Shown here one piece after another: positions 48,476 through 59,035 of a DNA stretch of 64,000 bases (its first letter is position 1; each line of letters starts with the position of its first letter). The stretch lies in NCBI GenBank assembly GCA_964456285.1, contig CAYWBC010000014.1, positions 1-64,000 on the forward strand, written 5' to 3'. Position numbers and translations under genes: made by a program. Source of the stretch: an uncultured Bacteroidales bacterium. GTDB lineage: Bacteria; Bacteroidota; Bacteroidia; Bacteroidales; UBA10428. Under the pieces are notes generated by a model. That model worked only from the letters and a program-made list of their open reading frames with translations. It searched no databases and was not told where the DNA came from.

Positions 48476-50233
48476 ATGTCAACAAAAGGTAAAGTAAAAG
48501 GCATAATAGCCAACCTGGTAATCATTGAAGTAGAAGGTCCGGTATCGCAAAATGAAATTTGTTATATCATCACGGGATCTACCAAGTTAATGGCGGAGGT
48601 TATCAAGATAAATGGTAAAAATGCATTTGTGCAGGTATTTGAAAGTACACGTGGCGTAAAGATTGACTGTGAAGTAGAATTTGCCGGACATATGCTGGAA
48701 GTAACTTTAGGACCTGGTATTCTGTCTAAAAATTACGATGGACTGCAAAATGACCTCGACAAAATGGAGGGAGTCTTCCTGAACCGGGGAGAATATACAA
48801 ATCCACTTGATCCTGAAAAAATATGGCAATTCAAACCTTTGGCAAAAGCTGGAGATACAGTTGAAGCAGCATCATGGTTAGGAGAAGTAGATGAGAACTC
48901 CCTGCCACACAAAATAATGGTTCCTTTTACATTTGAGGGAAGCTACACTATAAAATCTGTTGTTGAGTCAGGCGAGTATAAAATTAATGATACAATCGCA
49001 GTTCTTATTGATAAAGACAATAAAGAAGTGAAGGTTACCATGGTGCAAAAATGGCCTGTTAAAGTTCCAATTACTGCATTTAAGGAAAAACCCAGACCTT
49101 TCAAACTTCTTGAGACTGGAGTACGCACTATTGATACTCTTAATCCAATTGTTGAAGGAGGTACAGGTTTTATCCCCGGACCCTTTGGTGCCGGTAAAAC
49201 TGTTCTGCAGCATGCCATTTCAAAACAGGCCGAAGCCGATATGGTTATTGTTGCTGCTTGTGGTGAGCGTGCGAATGAGGTGGTTGAGATCTTCACCGAA
49301 TTTCCGGAATTAGAAGATGTAAGAACTGGTCGTAAATTAATGGAAAGAACGACCATCATAGCAAATACTTCAAATATGCCTGTTGCAGCTCGTGAAGCAT
49401 CTGTATATACAGCCATGACTCTTGGGGAGTACTACAGGTCTATGGGTTTGAAAATATTAATGCTTGCCGATTCAACTTCCCGTTGGGCGCAGGCTCTTCG
49501 TGAAATGTCAAATCGATTGGAAGAACTTCCGGGACCCGATGCATTTCCTATGGATTTACCGGCTGTTATCTCGAATTTCTATGCCAGGGCTGGCTTTGTC
49601 GTTCTGAATAATGGCGAGTCTGGCTCAATTACGTTTATTGGTACAGTGTCACCTGCAGGCGGTAACCTGAAAGAACCCGTTACTGAATCAACCAAAAAGG
49701 TTGCCCGTTGCTTTTATGCTTTGGCTCAACAACGTGCTGATAGTAAACGCTACCCCGCAATTGATCCTATTGATAGTTATTCAAAATATCTTGAATATCC
49801 TGAATTTGTAGAATTTATTTCAAAAAGAATATCTGATCGCTGGATTGAATTCGTAAATGAAGCAAAAACCATTCTATTAAGAGGAAAAGAAACCTACGAG
49901 CAAATCAATATTTTGGGAGACGATGGTGTACCCATTGATTACCATATAACCTATTGGAAATCTGAGATCATTGATTTTGTTATTTTGCAACAGGATGCAT
50001 TCGATAAAATTGACCAGTCCACTCCAATTGAACGACAACAATATATGCTGGAGCAACTATTGGATATTTGTAATTCCGATTTCAATTTCGATTCCTTTAC
50101 TGAAGTTGATATCTACTTCAAGCGTATTATTAATGTATACAAGCAAATGAATTATTCAGAATTCAAATCAGAAAAATTTAACAAATTTGAGAAAGAACTT
50201 AAGGAAGTTCTGAACGAGAGACAAGTTGCATAA
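48476..50233 (+). CDS. V-type ATP synthase catalytic subunit A
   Basis: Walker A GPFGAGKTV is present in a 585-aa protein of A/V-type subunit A architecture. Confidence 0.9.
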   Translation: MSTKGKVKGIIANLVIIEVEGPVSQNEICYIITGSTKLMAEVIKINGKNAFVQVFESTRGVKIDCEVEFAGHMLEVTLGPGILSKNYDGLQNDLDKMEGVFLNRGEYTNPLDPEKIWQFKPLAKAGDTVEAASWLGEVDENSLPHKIMVPFTFEGSYTIKSVVESGEYKINDTIAVLIDKDNKEVKVTMVQKWPVKVPITAFKEKPRPFKLLETGVRTIDTLNPIVEGGTGFIPGPFGAGKTVLQHAISKQAEADMVIVAACGERANEVVEIFTEFPELEDVRTGRKLMERTTIIANTSNMPVAAREASVYTAMTLGEYYRSMGLKILMLADSTSRWAQALREMSNRLEELPGPDAFPMDLPAVISNFYARAGFVVLNNGESGSITFIGTVSPAGGNLKEPVTESTKKVARCFYALAQQRADSKRYPAIDPIDSYSKYLEYPEFVEFISKRISDRWIEFVNEAKTILLRGKETYEQINILGDDGVPIDYHITYWKSEIIDFVILQQDAFDKIDQSTPIERQQYMLEQLLDICNSDFNFDSFTEVDIYFKRIINVYKQMNYSEFKSEKFNKFEKELKEVLNERQVA

Positions 50234-50239
50234 CAGCAA

Positions 50240-51595
50240 TTGAAACTGAAATATAAAAAATTAAAAATGGATTCAAAAGCTTTTCAAAAAATATACACAA
50301 AGATCACGCAGATAACGAAAGCCACTTGTTCTCTAAAAGCATCAGGTATTGGTTATGATGAGCTAGCTGTGGTTGATGGAAAACTTGCGCAGGTTGTAAA
50401 AATAATCGGAGACACTATTACCCTGCAAGTTTTTGGAGGTACTGAAGGTATTCCGACTAATGCTGAGGTTAGCTTTTTGGGTAAAGCTCCTTCATTAAAA
50501 GTGAGTGAGGATCTGGCAGGTAGATTCTTTAATGCTTTTGGAGAGCCTATTGATGGAGGCCCTGCGGTTGAAGGAGAAGAAAGAGAAATTGGCGGACCTT
50601 CTGTAAATCCGGTTAGAAGAAAGCAGCCTTCAGAGCTGATTGCTACAGGTATTGCGGGTATTGACCTTAACAATACTTTGGTGTCAGGACAGAAAATTCC
50701 GTTTTTTGCTGATCCGGACCAGCCATACAACCAGGTAATGGCCATGGTTGCCCTACGGGCAAAAACTGATAAGATCATTCTAGGTGGTATGGGATTAACA
50801 AACGATGACTACCTTTACTATAAATCTGTATTCGACAATGCAGGAGCACTTGACAGAATTATCAGTTTTGTAAATACAACCTCTAATCCTCCTGTGGAAA
50901 GATTACTGGTTCCTGATATGGCTTTGACTGCAGCTGAATATTTCGCAGTTGATAAAAATGAAACTGTTCTTGTACTCTTAACTGATATGACACTTTATGC
51001 AGATGCATTGAGTATTGTATCAAACCGTATGGACCAGATACCTTCAAAAGACAGTATGCCCGGATCACTTTACAGTGATTTGGCAAAAATATACGAAAAA
51101 GCAGTACAGTTTCCATCAGGAGGTTCAATAACAATTATCGCGGTAACAACGCTTTCTGGCGGTGATATCACTCATGCTATTCCGGATAACACAGGATACA
51201 TTACTGAAGGACAATTATTCCTGAGACGTGACTCTGACATTGGAAAGGTAATCGTTGATCCCTTCCGTAGTTTGTCTCGTCTGAAACAGCTTGTAATTGG
51301 AAAGAAAACCAGAGAAGATCATCCTCAGGTTATGAATACAGCTGTTCGTCTTTATGCTGATGCTGCCAATGCCAAAACCAAACTTGAAAATGGTTTTGAC
51401 CTCACTGATTACGATTCGCGTAGTTTAGATTTTGCAAAAGAATATTCCAGCAAACTGCTGGCAATTGATGTGAATATTGATATCGATGAGATGCTGGATA
51501 CCGGCTGGGAATTGTTTAGCAAGTATTTTAAGATTGAAGAAGTGGGGATTAAACAGGAATTAACGGATAAATATTGGAAGAAAAGTGAAAGTTAA
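50240..51595 (+). CDS. V-type ATP synthase subunit B
   Basis: A 451-aa non-catalytic alpha/beta-type subunit lacking an intact P-loop, adjacent to subunit A. Confidence 0.9.
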   Translation: MKLKYKKLKMDSKAFQKIYTKITQITKATCSLKASGIGYDELAVVDGKLAQVVKIIGDTITLQVFGGTEGIPTNAEVSFLGKAPSLKVSEDLAGRFFNAFGEPIDGGPAVEGEEREIGGPSVNPVRRKQPSELIATGIAGIDLNNTLVSGQKIPFFADPDQPYNQVMAMVALRAKTDKIILGGMGLTNDDYLYYKSVFDNAGALDRIISFVNTTSNPPVERLLVPDMALTAAEYFAVDKNETVLVLLTDMTLYADALSIVSNRMDQIPSKDSMPGSLYSDLAKIYEKAVQFPSGGSITIIAVTTLSGGDITHAIPDNTGYITEGQLFLRRDSDIGKVIVDPFRSLSRLKQLVIGKKTREDHPQVMNTAVRLYADAANAKTKLENGFDLTDYDSRSLDFAKEYSSKLLAIDVNIDIDEMLDTGWELFSKYFKIEEVGIKQELTDKYWKKSES

Positions 51596-51634
51596 TAATA
51601 GTCTCTAGTTTCAAGTTACTAGATAAATGTATTA

Positions 51635-51991
51635 ATGAATAATTACAAGGAATTAAAAATATGGCAAAAAGGAATGGATGTTGTTCAACAAACATATAAT
51701 TTAACAAAACGACTTGATGATAGTGAGAAGTATACCTTGAGACCTCAATTAATAAGGTCAGCTGTCTCAATTCCTTCGAATATTGCGGAGGGAACAAGTC
51801 GAAAAAGTAATAAAGATTTTGCCAGATTTCTTGAAATTGCCTTAGGATCTTGTTTCGAGTTGGAAACTCAAATATTCATAGTTAAATTGAATAATCTAGC
51901 TCCAGGTGTTGAATTTGAAAAGGTTATTGTTTTAATTCAGGAAATACAAAAGATGATTAACTCATTTATTCGGAAATTGATTATAAAATAG
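51635..51991 (+). CDS. four-helix-bundle protein of the 23S rRNA intervening-sequence / Avd-like family, inserted in the ATPase operon
   Basis: The 118-aa protein has a YKELKIWQKGMDVV...L..SAVSIPSNIAEGTSRKSNKDFARFL pattern typical of this family. Confidence 0.75.
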   Translation: MNNYKELKIWQKGMDVVQQTYNLTKRLDDSEKYTLRPQLIRSAVSIPSNIAEGTSRKSNKDFARFLEIALGSCFELETQIFIVKLNNLAPGVEFEKVIVLIQEIQKMINSFIRKLIIK

Positions 51992-52031
51992 AACTTGAGA
52001 CCAAGAACTAGAAACTAGCAACTGATTTAGA

Positions 52032-52631
52032 ATGGCAATTAAATTTCAATACAATAAAACCTCTCTACAAGTTCTTGAGAAACAACTTAAGGTAAGAGTG
52101 CGTGCACTGCCAACTATAAAGAATAAGGAGTCTGCACTGCGTATTGAGGTTAAGAAAGCGAAGGATGAGGCGAAGAGGCTGGATCAAGAACTGGAACAGA
52201 AAATGCATTCATATGATAGCATGGTTGAGCTTTGGGGAGAATTCAATAAAGAATTAATCGGTATTGATGAAGTTAAGCTGGGTGTGAAGAAAATTGCCGG
52301 GGTGAAAACTCCTGTCCTTGAAGACATTGATTTTTATATGACTGAGTTCAGTGTTTTTAATGCTCCCAAATGGTTTCTTGGCGGAATTGAGCTGATCAAA
52401 GAACTTATTAAGCTAGCGATCGAACGAGAAGTATTTTCCCGAAAAATGGAACTACTAAATTATGCCAGAAAAAAGACAACCCAAAAAGTAAATCTTTTTG
52501 AAAAAGTTCAGATTCCGGGTTATGAAGATGCAATTCTTAAGATAAAGAGATTCATGGAAGATGAGGATAATTTATCCAAATCTGCTCAGAAAATAGTAAA
52601 AAACAGACAACAAGAGGAGGTGGCACCATGA
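52032..52631 (+). CDS. V-type ATP synthase subunit D
   Basis: The N-terminus MAIKFQYNKTSLQVLEKQLKVRVRALPTIKNKESALRIEV is a typical subunit D sequence. Confidence 0.8.
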   Translation: MAIKFQYNKTSLQVLEKQLKVRVRALPTIKNKESALRIEVKKAKDEAKRLDQELEQKMHSYDSMVELWGEFNKELIGIDEVKLGVKKIAGVKTPVLEDIDFYMTEFSVFNAPKWFLGGIELIKELIKLAIEREVFSRKMELLNYARKKTTQKVNLFEKVQIPGYEDAILKIKRFMEDEDNLSKSAQKIVKNRQQEEVAP

Positions 52632-54631
52632 TAGTACCAATGAAAAAATACTCTTTCCTTGTTTACCATAAAGAATATATGGATTTTTTGAATGGTATAA
52701 GAGATCTGGGTGTATTGCATGTAATTGAAAAGGAATCAGGTGAAATTGAGAATGAAGAACTGCGTGCAAAATATCAAAAGGTAAACGAATTAAACCAGAC
52801 AATAAAATTTCTGGAAAAACGTGAAGTTGAAGAGAAGCCAACTGAAGATAAGGAATCAGATGGAATCACCGTTCTGGGTGAAATAAAAAAATTGCAGTCT
52901 GATCAGGAAGCATACCTCCAAAAGCTTAACCAATTAGAAAAAGACAAGGCCTCAATTGAGCCATGGGGAAATTTCAGCTGGGATACAATAGAAAAGCTAG
53001 TTGAAGCAGGACTTTTAATTGATTTTTATTTATGCTCGAATAAAAATTTCAATTCAGAATGGGCAAGCAATTACGATCTTATTCAGATCAATGAACTTAG
53101 CGGACAACAATATTTTGTAATAATTCATAAGCCTGATGAAATAATAGAGATTGGAGCAGAAAAAATCACACTGCCTTCAAATTCTCTCGCTCAACTTGAA
53201 AAATCAATAGCTGAAATTTCTGGCATTCTCGAAAAAACAGATGAATTGTACGATGATTTTGCTTCCAGATATCTTACCTTATTAAAAAATACTACGCATA
53301 GTTTGAACAATGAGCTTGATTTTGAAAATGTAGTATTGAATACCAATAAAGAAGCTGATGAAAAGTTGATGTTGCTTGAAGGTTGGGTTCCGAATGAAAG
53401 AGAAGTTGAAGTAAATAATTTTTTGGAGGATACAAAGGTTTATTACCAGGTTGATAAGGCTACACCTAAAGACAATGTTCCTGTTCTTCTGAAGAATAAA
53501 AAATTTCCAAAGTTGTTCGAAGCCATAGGCGAATTGTATTCAATGCCGAATTACAAAGAACTTGATCTGACGCCTTTCTTTGCTCCATTTTTCATGATGT
53601 TTTTTGGATTTTGTCTGGGAGATGCAGGTTACGGTTTGTTATTTATTCTTGGCGCCACCTATTTTAAATTTAAAGTAGACAAGAAATATAAACCTATTCT
53701 TACACTTGTTCAATTTCTGGGACTGGCAACTGTTATTTTTGGTGCGCTTACCGGAACAATATTTGGCATTAATCTAATTGATTCTGGCTATATTATTACT
53801 GAACAATCATTGGCAATTTTGCGGCAGCAAAATTTACCTTCCGAAATGATTAACACACTGCAAGGTATAGTGAATATAGACTTTGGGACAAAAGATGCCT
53901 TTATTAAAGAATTGACTAACGTTTTCGGAGGTGATCTTTCAGCAAATTATCAAAACTTAATATTAAAATATACTGAATCAAATTTTTCCTTTCTGAATGC
54001 ATTTCGGTATTTGCTGCTTGATCCAACTAAGATGTTTTACCTGGCTCTCGCATTGGGAGCAGTACAAATTATTTTTGGTATGTGTATTAAAGCTGCTAAC
54101 CAGGCAAGAATGTTTGGAATCAGGTATGCATTTTCCACAATTGGATGGCTTCTATTAATTCTAGGCAGTGCTGTACTTTATGGTTTAAATTCTTTTGCTA
54201 AAATAGATGAGGTCACAGCAAAAAGAATATTTTTTATCGTTTTTGGTATCAGTAGCCTGGGGATTTACTTTTTCAATGACCCAAAAAGAAATATTTTGAT
54301 AAACTTCGGTGCCGGGCTTTGGGATACTTATAATATGGTTACAGGTATACTTGGAGACCTGTTGTCATATATTCGATTATTTGCATTAGGTATTGCCAGC
54401 GCCATTCTTGGATTTGTATTCAATGATCTGGCCTTAAATATGAGCCCCGATACTATTATTTTAAGACAATTAGTATTTGTTATTATTCTCCTTATTGGCC
54501 ATGGAATTAACATATTCATGTCAGGTCTGGGATCTTTTGTACACCCTTTGCGCTTAACTTTTGTTGAATTTTATAAAAACGCCGGATATGTTGGTGGCGG
54601 AAAAAAATATAATCCTTTTAGTAAAAAATAA
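52628..54631 (+). CDS. V-type ATP synthase subunit I (a-subunit)
   Basis: A soluble N-terminal half of 667 aa is followed by a polytopic membrane C-terminal half. There is a 4-bp overlap with subunit D. Confidence 0.8.
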   Translation: MIVPMKKYSFLVYHKEYMDFLNGIRDLGVLHVIEKESGEIENEELRAKYQKVNELNQTIKFLEKREVEEKPTEDKESDGITVLGEIKKLQSDQEAYLQKLNQLEKDKASIEPWGNFSWDTIEKLVEAGLLIDFYLCSNKNFNSEWASNYDLIQINELSGQQYFVIIHKPDEIIEIGAEKITLPSNSLAQLEKSIAEISGILEKTDELYDDFASRYLTLLKNTTHSLNNELDFENVVLNTNKEADEKLMLLEGWVPNEREVEVNNFLEDTKVYYQVDKATPKDNVPVLLKNKKFPKLFEAIGELYSMPNYKELDLTPFFAPFFMMFFGFCLGDAGYGLLFILGATYFKFKVDKKYKPILTLVQFLGLATVIFGALTGTIFGINLIDSGYIITEQSLAILRQQNLPSEMINTLQGIVNIDFGTKDAFIKELTNVFGGDLSANYQNLILKYTESNFSFLNAFRYLLLDPTKMFYLALALGAVQIIFGMCIKAANQARMFGIRYAFSTIGWLLLILGSAVLYGLNSFAKIDEVTAKRIFFIVFGISSLGIYFFNDPKRNILINFGAGLWDTYNMVTGILGDLLSYIRLFALGIASAILGFVFNDLALNMSPDTIILRQLVFVIILLIGHGINIFMSGLGSFVHPLRLTFVEFYKNAGYVGGGKKYNPFSKK

Positions 54632-54648
54632 TTTAAATTAATACATAA

Positions 54649-55113
<465 letters not shown>

Positions 55114-55134
55114 AAATGACAGATCATTTTTAAA

Positions 55135-55180
55135 AAATCCAGCTGAAATTGTTTAATTTTTCAGCTGGATTTTTATTTGT
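55135..55180 (+). terminator. rho-independent terminator of the V-ATPase operon
   Basis: A 14-bp stem AAATCCAGCTGAAA / TTTCAGCTGGATTT with a 9-nt loop is followed by TTTTATTTG. Confidence 0.8.
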
Positions 55181-55185
55181 ATACC

Positions 55186-55680
55186 ATGGATTACTTTCTG
55201 CTTGTTCTGTCAATACTAATTATGCTTTTGGGTTTAATCGGCTGTCTTTTGCCTATTTTGCCCGGTCCACCTCTTAGCTTTGTAGGTGTTCTTATTCTCC
55301 ATTTTACAAAGTTTGCTGATTTCTCTCCCAGACTACTGCTATTATTAGGTTTGTTTGCATTGATCGTACAGATCCTCGATTATATAGTTCCTGCCTGGGG
55401 GACAAAAAAATTTGGCGGATCGAAATATGGAACATGGGGAAGCATCATTGGACTTATTGCTGGTTTGTTTTTCCTGATCCCGATTGGTCCTTTTGGGATC
55501 ATAACAATTCTTGGCGGCCCTTTTCTGGGGGCATTTATTGGCGAAAAATTAGCAGGAAGAGACTCTAATGCTGCACTACGAGCTGCCTTTGGATCATTTA
55601 TTGGTTTTCTTACGGGAACATTTATGAAACTTGTTTGTTCTTCCGTTATTACTGTTTATTATGTTATGGCACTGTTTTAG
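55186..55680 (+). CDS. DUF456-like small membrane protein
   Basis: The start is taken at the ATG at 55186 (the track ORF begins at TTG 55177). The GCLLPILPGPP motif and hydrophobic helices are consistent with DUF456. Confidence 0.5.
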   Translation: MDYFLLVLSILIMLLGLIGCLLPILPGPPLSFVGVLILHFTKFADFSPRLLLLLGLFALIVQILDYIVPAWGTKKFGGSKYGTWGSIIGLIAGLFFLIPIGPFGIITILGGPFLGAFIGEKLAGRDSNAALRAAFGSFIGFLTGTFMKLVCSSVITVYYVMALF

Positions 55681-55696
55681 TAGCTGATACATTCTG

Positions 55697-56377
55697 ATGC
55701 ACAAATACATTAAATATTGTACTCTTGTTTTTGCTATCCTGACCGGGAATGTATATTCCCAGTCAGACTTTTATTCCTACACATTAAAGAATTTTAGAAA
55801 GGCAAAAGAATTCAACGAAACAATTGATTTGCAAAACCTCGACTTAGCCCGATTGAATGCTGTGATATTTTATCTCACAAATGAACAAAGGGTAAAGAAG
55901 AAGCTCAATGAATTAAGTTACCACCCCAAACTGGAAGAATCGTCAACTCTTCATTCTGAAAATATGGTGAAGGATGATTTTTTTTCGCATTATCACCCAA
56001 GTTCCAAGCAAGTTCGCGATCCCAATGATCGGGCCCGCTATGTAGGAATAGAAAATCCGTATCTGGCAGAAAATATTGTTGAATCCTTTGTTCTTCAGTA
56101 CAAAGCAGGTGATGAAGTTTACCCTATGGGCAAGGGAGTTTTTAGTTACAAACAAAACGGAGATCCAATTCAGCCACATACCTACCTCGGCCTTGGAGAA
56201 GCAATGATTGACAGATGGATGAATTCACCACAACATCGTGACAATATACTATCAAAAAAGGCTGTGCAACTCGGTTGCGGAACAGCCTTTTTCCGAAAAG
56301 ATGATTTTAATGAAATGCCTGCAGTTATTGCTACCCAGAACTTTCAATCATTCGAAGCAGTGAGAGTAAAGGAATAA
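55697..56377 (+). CDS. CAP (SCP/PR1, YkwD-like) domain secreted protein
   Basis: A signal peptide is present. The motif WMNSPQHRDNILSKKAVQLGCG is typical of CAP domains. Confidence 0.75.
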   Translation: MHKYIKYCTLVFAILTGNVYSQSDFYSYTLKNFRKAKEFNETIDLQNLDLARLNAVIFYLTNEQRVKKKLNELSYHPKLEESSTLHSENMVKDDFFSHYHPSSKQVRDPNDRARYVGIENPYLAENIVESFVLQYKAGDEVYPMGKGVFSYKQNGDPIQPHTYLGLGEAMIDRWMNSPQHRDNILSKKAVQLGCGTAFFRKDDFNEMPAVIATQNFQSFEAVRVKE

Positions 56378-56395
56378 CGGCATACAATGCTTTGT

Positions 56396-56674
56396 TCAAA
56401 CCTGAGCCTGAAGTTCAGCTGCGACACGTACTTTGTTGGTATGTGCTCTCAAAACTCTTAAATTTCGGCCGGCAACAGTTTTACCATCAAGAGTTTTAAT
56501 AGCTTCCATAGCTTCTTTTTTGCTAGGCATATCAAGGAAACCGAATCCTTTGGATTTGCCAGTTCTTTTGTCGCGAACGAGTTTGATTTCTTCAACCTTC
56601 CCGATTACTGCGAATATTTTCCTTATTTCGTCTTCACCGAGAGAATAATTGATGTTGCCAATGTAAATAGTCAT
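56396..56674 (-). CDS. RRM-type RNA-binding protein
   Basis: The start is at MTIYIGN. RNP1-like KGFGF and RNP2-like IYIGNI are present. Length is 92 aa. Confidence 0.85.
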   Translation of the reverse strand: MTIYIGNINYSLGEDEIRKIFAVIGKVEEIKLVRDKRTGKSKGFGFLDMPSKKEAMEAIKTLDGKTVAGRNLRVLRAHTNKVRVAAELQAQV

Positions 56675-56779
56675 GGCGATATTTTTGAAATTAATAGATA
56701 TATACAAGTTAATAAATTAATTTCTCAAATAATAATTTTAGCCGAAGAAATTGACTGTCAGACATATCAAGACATTCAA

Positions 56780-57778
56780 CTATCCTAGCGTAGCAACCAT
56801 TACAGCCTTGATAGTATGTATTCTGTTTTCAGCTTCATCAAAAACTTTCGACGCAGAAGATTCAAAAACATCATCTGTTACCTCCATTGCTTCCAAACCA
56901 AATTTTTTATGTATCTCCTCTCCTACTTTTGTGTGAAGATTATGAAAAGCAGGCAGACAATGCAGAAATTTTACATCTGAATTTCCTGTTAGCTCCAGCA
57001 CTTTGTTGTTTACCTGGTAAGGCAATAACAAAGATATTCGTTCTTCCCATACACTATCAGGTTCTCCCATGGATACCCATACATCTGTATATAGAAAGTC
57101 AACGTCCTTTACTGCTTTTTCCAGATCACTGGTTAATGTAACTTTCCCCCCAGAATTTTCGGCTATCTCTAGACACTGCTTCACTAAATCTTTATTTGGT
57201 AAATATTCTTTTGGTGCAGCTGCTCTAAAATCCATTCCCAGCTTTGCTGCTCCTACCATTAAAGAATTGCCCATATTATTGCGTGCATCGCCCAGGTAAC
57301 AAAATTTTATCTCATGAAGAGATTTCTCCGAATGTTCCCGCATGGTTAAAAAATCAGCAAGGATTTGAGTAGGATGAAATTCATCGGTCAATCCATTCCA
57401 AACCGGTACACCTGCATATTCAGCCAGAGTTTCCACCAATTCCTGTCCATACCCTCTGTATTCAATTCCATCATACATTCGGCCTAATACTCTTGCTGTA
57501 TCCTTAATTGATTCTTTATGTCCAATCTGAGAACCAGAAGGGCCAAGATATGTAACATTTGCCCCTTGATCGTATGCGGCAACTTCAAAAGCACACCTTG
57601 TCCTGGTCGAAGATTTTTCGAAAATTAAAGCAATATTCTTTCCTTTAAGATTTTGCTGTTCCTTTTTTTCTTTCTTGGATTTCTTCAATGAAGCAGATAA
57701 ATCAAGAAGATAACTAATATCTTCTTTACTGAAATCTAGCAACTTCAGAAAATGTTTGTTTTTTAGATCAACTGACAT
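56780..57778 (-). CDS. argF: ornithine carbamoyltransferase
   Basis: STRTR carbamoyl-phosphate motif, DVWVSMGE ornithine-binding motif and HCLP motif are all present. Length is 332 aa. Confidence 0.9.
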   Translation of the reverse strand: MSVDLKNKHFLKLLDFSKEDISYLLDLSASLKKSKKEKKEQQNLKGKNIALIFEKSSTRTRCAFEVAAYDQGANVTYLGPSGSQIGHKESIKDTARVLGRMYDGIEYRGYGQELVETLAEYAGVPVWNGLTDEFHPTQILADFLTMREHSEKSLHEIKFCYLGDARNNMGNSLMVGAAKLGMDFRAAAPKEYLPNKDLVKQCLEIAENSGGKVTLTSDLEKAVKDVDFLYTDVWVSMGEPDSVWEERISLLLPYQVNNKVLELTGNSDVKFLHCLPAFHNLHTKVGEEIHKKFGLEAMEVTDDVFESSASKVFDEAENRIHTIKAVMVATLG

Positions 57779-58025
57779 AAGCGGAGAATTAAGTAAATAA
57801 ATTTCTTAATCCAAAATTATGAATTCTAAAACTTACATAGAATGATGAATATCATGATTTTGTATATTTATTCTCTCCAAATGTAAGTTAATACAAATAA
57901 CTTGTTAATAATTGAACCGGTAAATAGCTTACTTAATCGTAAATTATTGTCGATAAGTCAAATATTAAATTATAGGGCAACCTAGCCCGAGAGCCTTTCG
58001 TATATTTAATGAAAATTTATTTGAT

Positions 58026-58712
58026 ATGATGCGTACGTTTATACTTTTTTCATTGATTATTGTGTTGGTTTCGTGTGGCGAAAAAAGAAAAGAGGGAATT
58101 TATAATCAGGGTAGATTAGAATATAAAATCAAATACCTCAACGCCGAGAAAGACAATTACGATCCTTCCTTTCTCCCAAAAAGAATGGTTCTTGAATTTA
58201 ACCAGGATTTTAGTATCAATAATATTGATGGTTTCATGGGATTTTTCAAACTTGGAAACATGACTTCTTTTAAAAGCCATAAAGTCCAGACACACCTTAA
58301 GGTTCTTGATAAAAACTATGCATTCATCGGTGGAAGAAATGAAATGATGTGCTGCTTTAATTGTATGGAGGGCATGAAAATGAAAGAAGACACTCTCAGT
58401 TACACAATCGCCGGCTTAAAATCGAAAAAAGTAAGCATTAGTTTTAAGGATTCAGACGAGACTTATGATATTTATTATACAGATGAGATAAATCTTAATA
58501 ATCCAAACATTACAAATCCTTACCACAATATTAGTGGCGTTTTAACAGATTTCCGTCTTATTATGGGACCATATCATATGCAATTTACTGCCTCTAAGTT
58601 CAATCCTGATTATACACCGAAACAGAAGATGGAAATACCTGAGCAGGCAACAATTGTTAACAGACCTGAAATGGTAGCTATTCTCAACCGGTTAATGATT
58701 CAAAATCAGTAG
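58026..58712 (+). CDS. hypothetical lipoprotein
   Basis: A signal plus ...LVSCGEK lipobox-like motif is present. Length is 228 aa. Confidence 0.45.
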   Translation: MMRTFILFSLIIVLVSCGEKRKEGIYNQGRLEYKIKYLNAEKDNYDPSFLPKRMVLEFNQDFSINNIDGFMGFFKLGNMTSFKSHKVQTHLKVLDKNYAFIGGRNEMMCCFNCMEGMKMKEDTLSYTIAGLKSKKVSISFKDSDETYDIYYTDEINLNNPNITNPYHNISGVLTDFRLIMGPYHMQFTASKFNPDYTPKQKMEIPEQATIVNRPEMVAILNRLMIQNQ

Positions 58713-59035
58713 GAAAAACCATCTCTGGTTTCAATTCTATTGTGGAGAATTTAGCTCATCTTCACTCAAATTGCAATAAGCTAATAAAACATTCACGAAT
58801 AAAAGTTCAGATCCGGATCTGATAGGATTCGATCAATCGATAAATTTAAGAATAGCCCGATTACCCAACTACCCAATAAGCAAATACCTTTTCTTCTTTA
58901 CATGAATTCATCAGTTCATCACCTCCAAAGTTTATCAACTCATCACTTATTAATTGTTGAATACTATTTTCAATAATTTTATGTTTAGAGTATACGCTTA
59001 TTAACTTTGAGCATAAGAAAATTCTTGAAATAATT

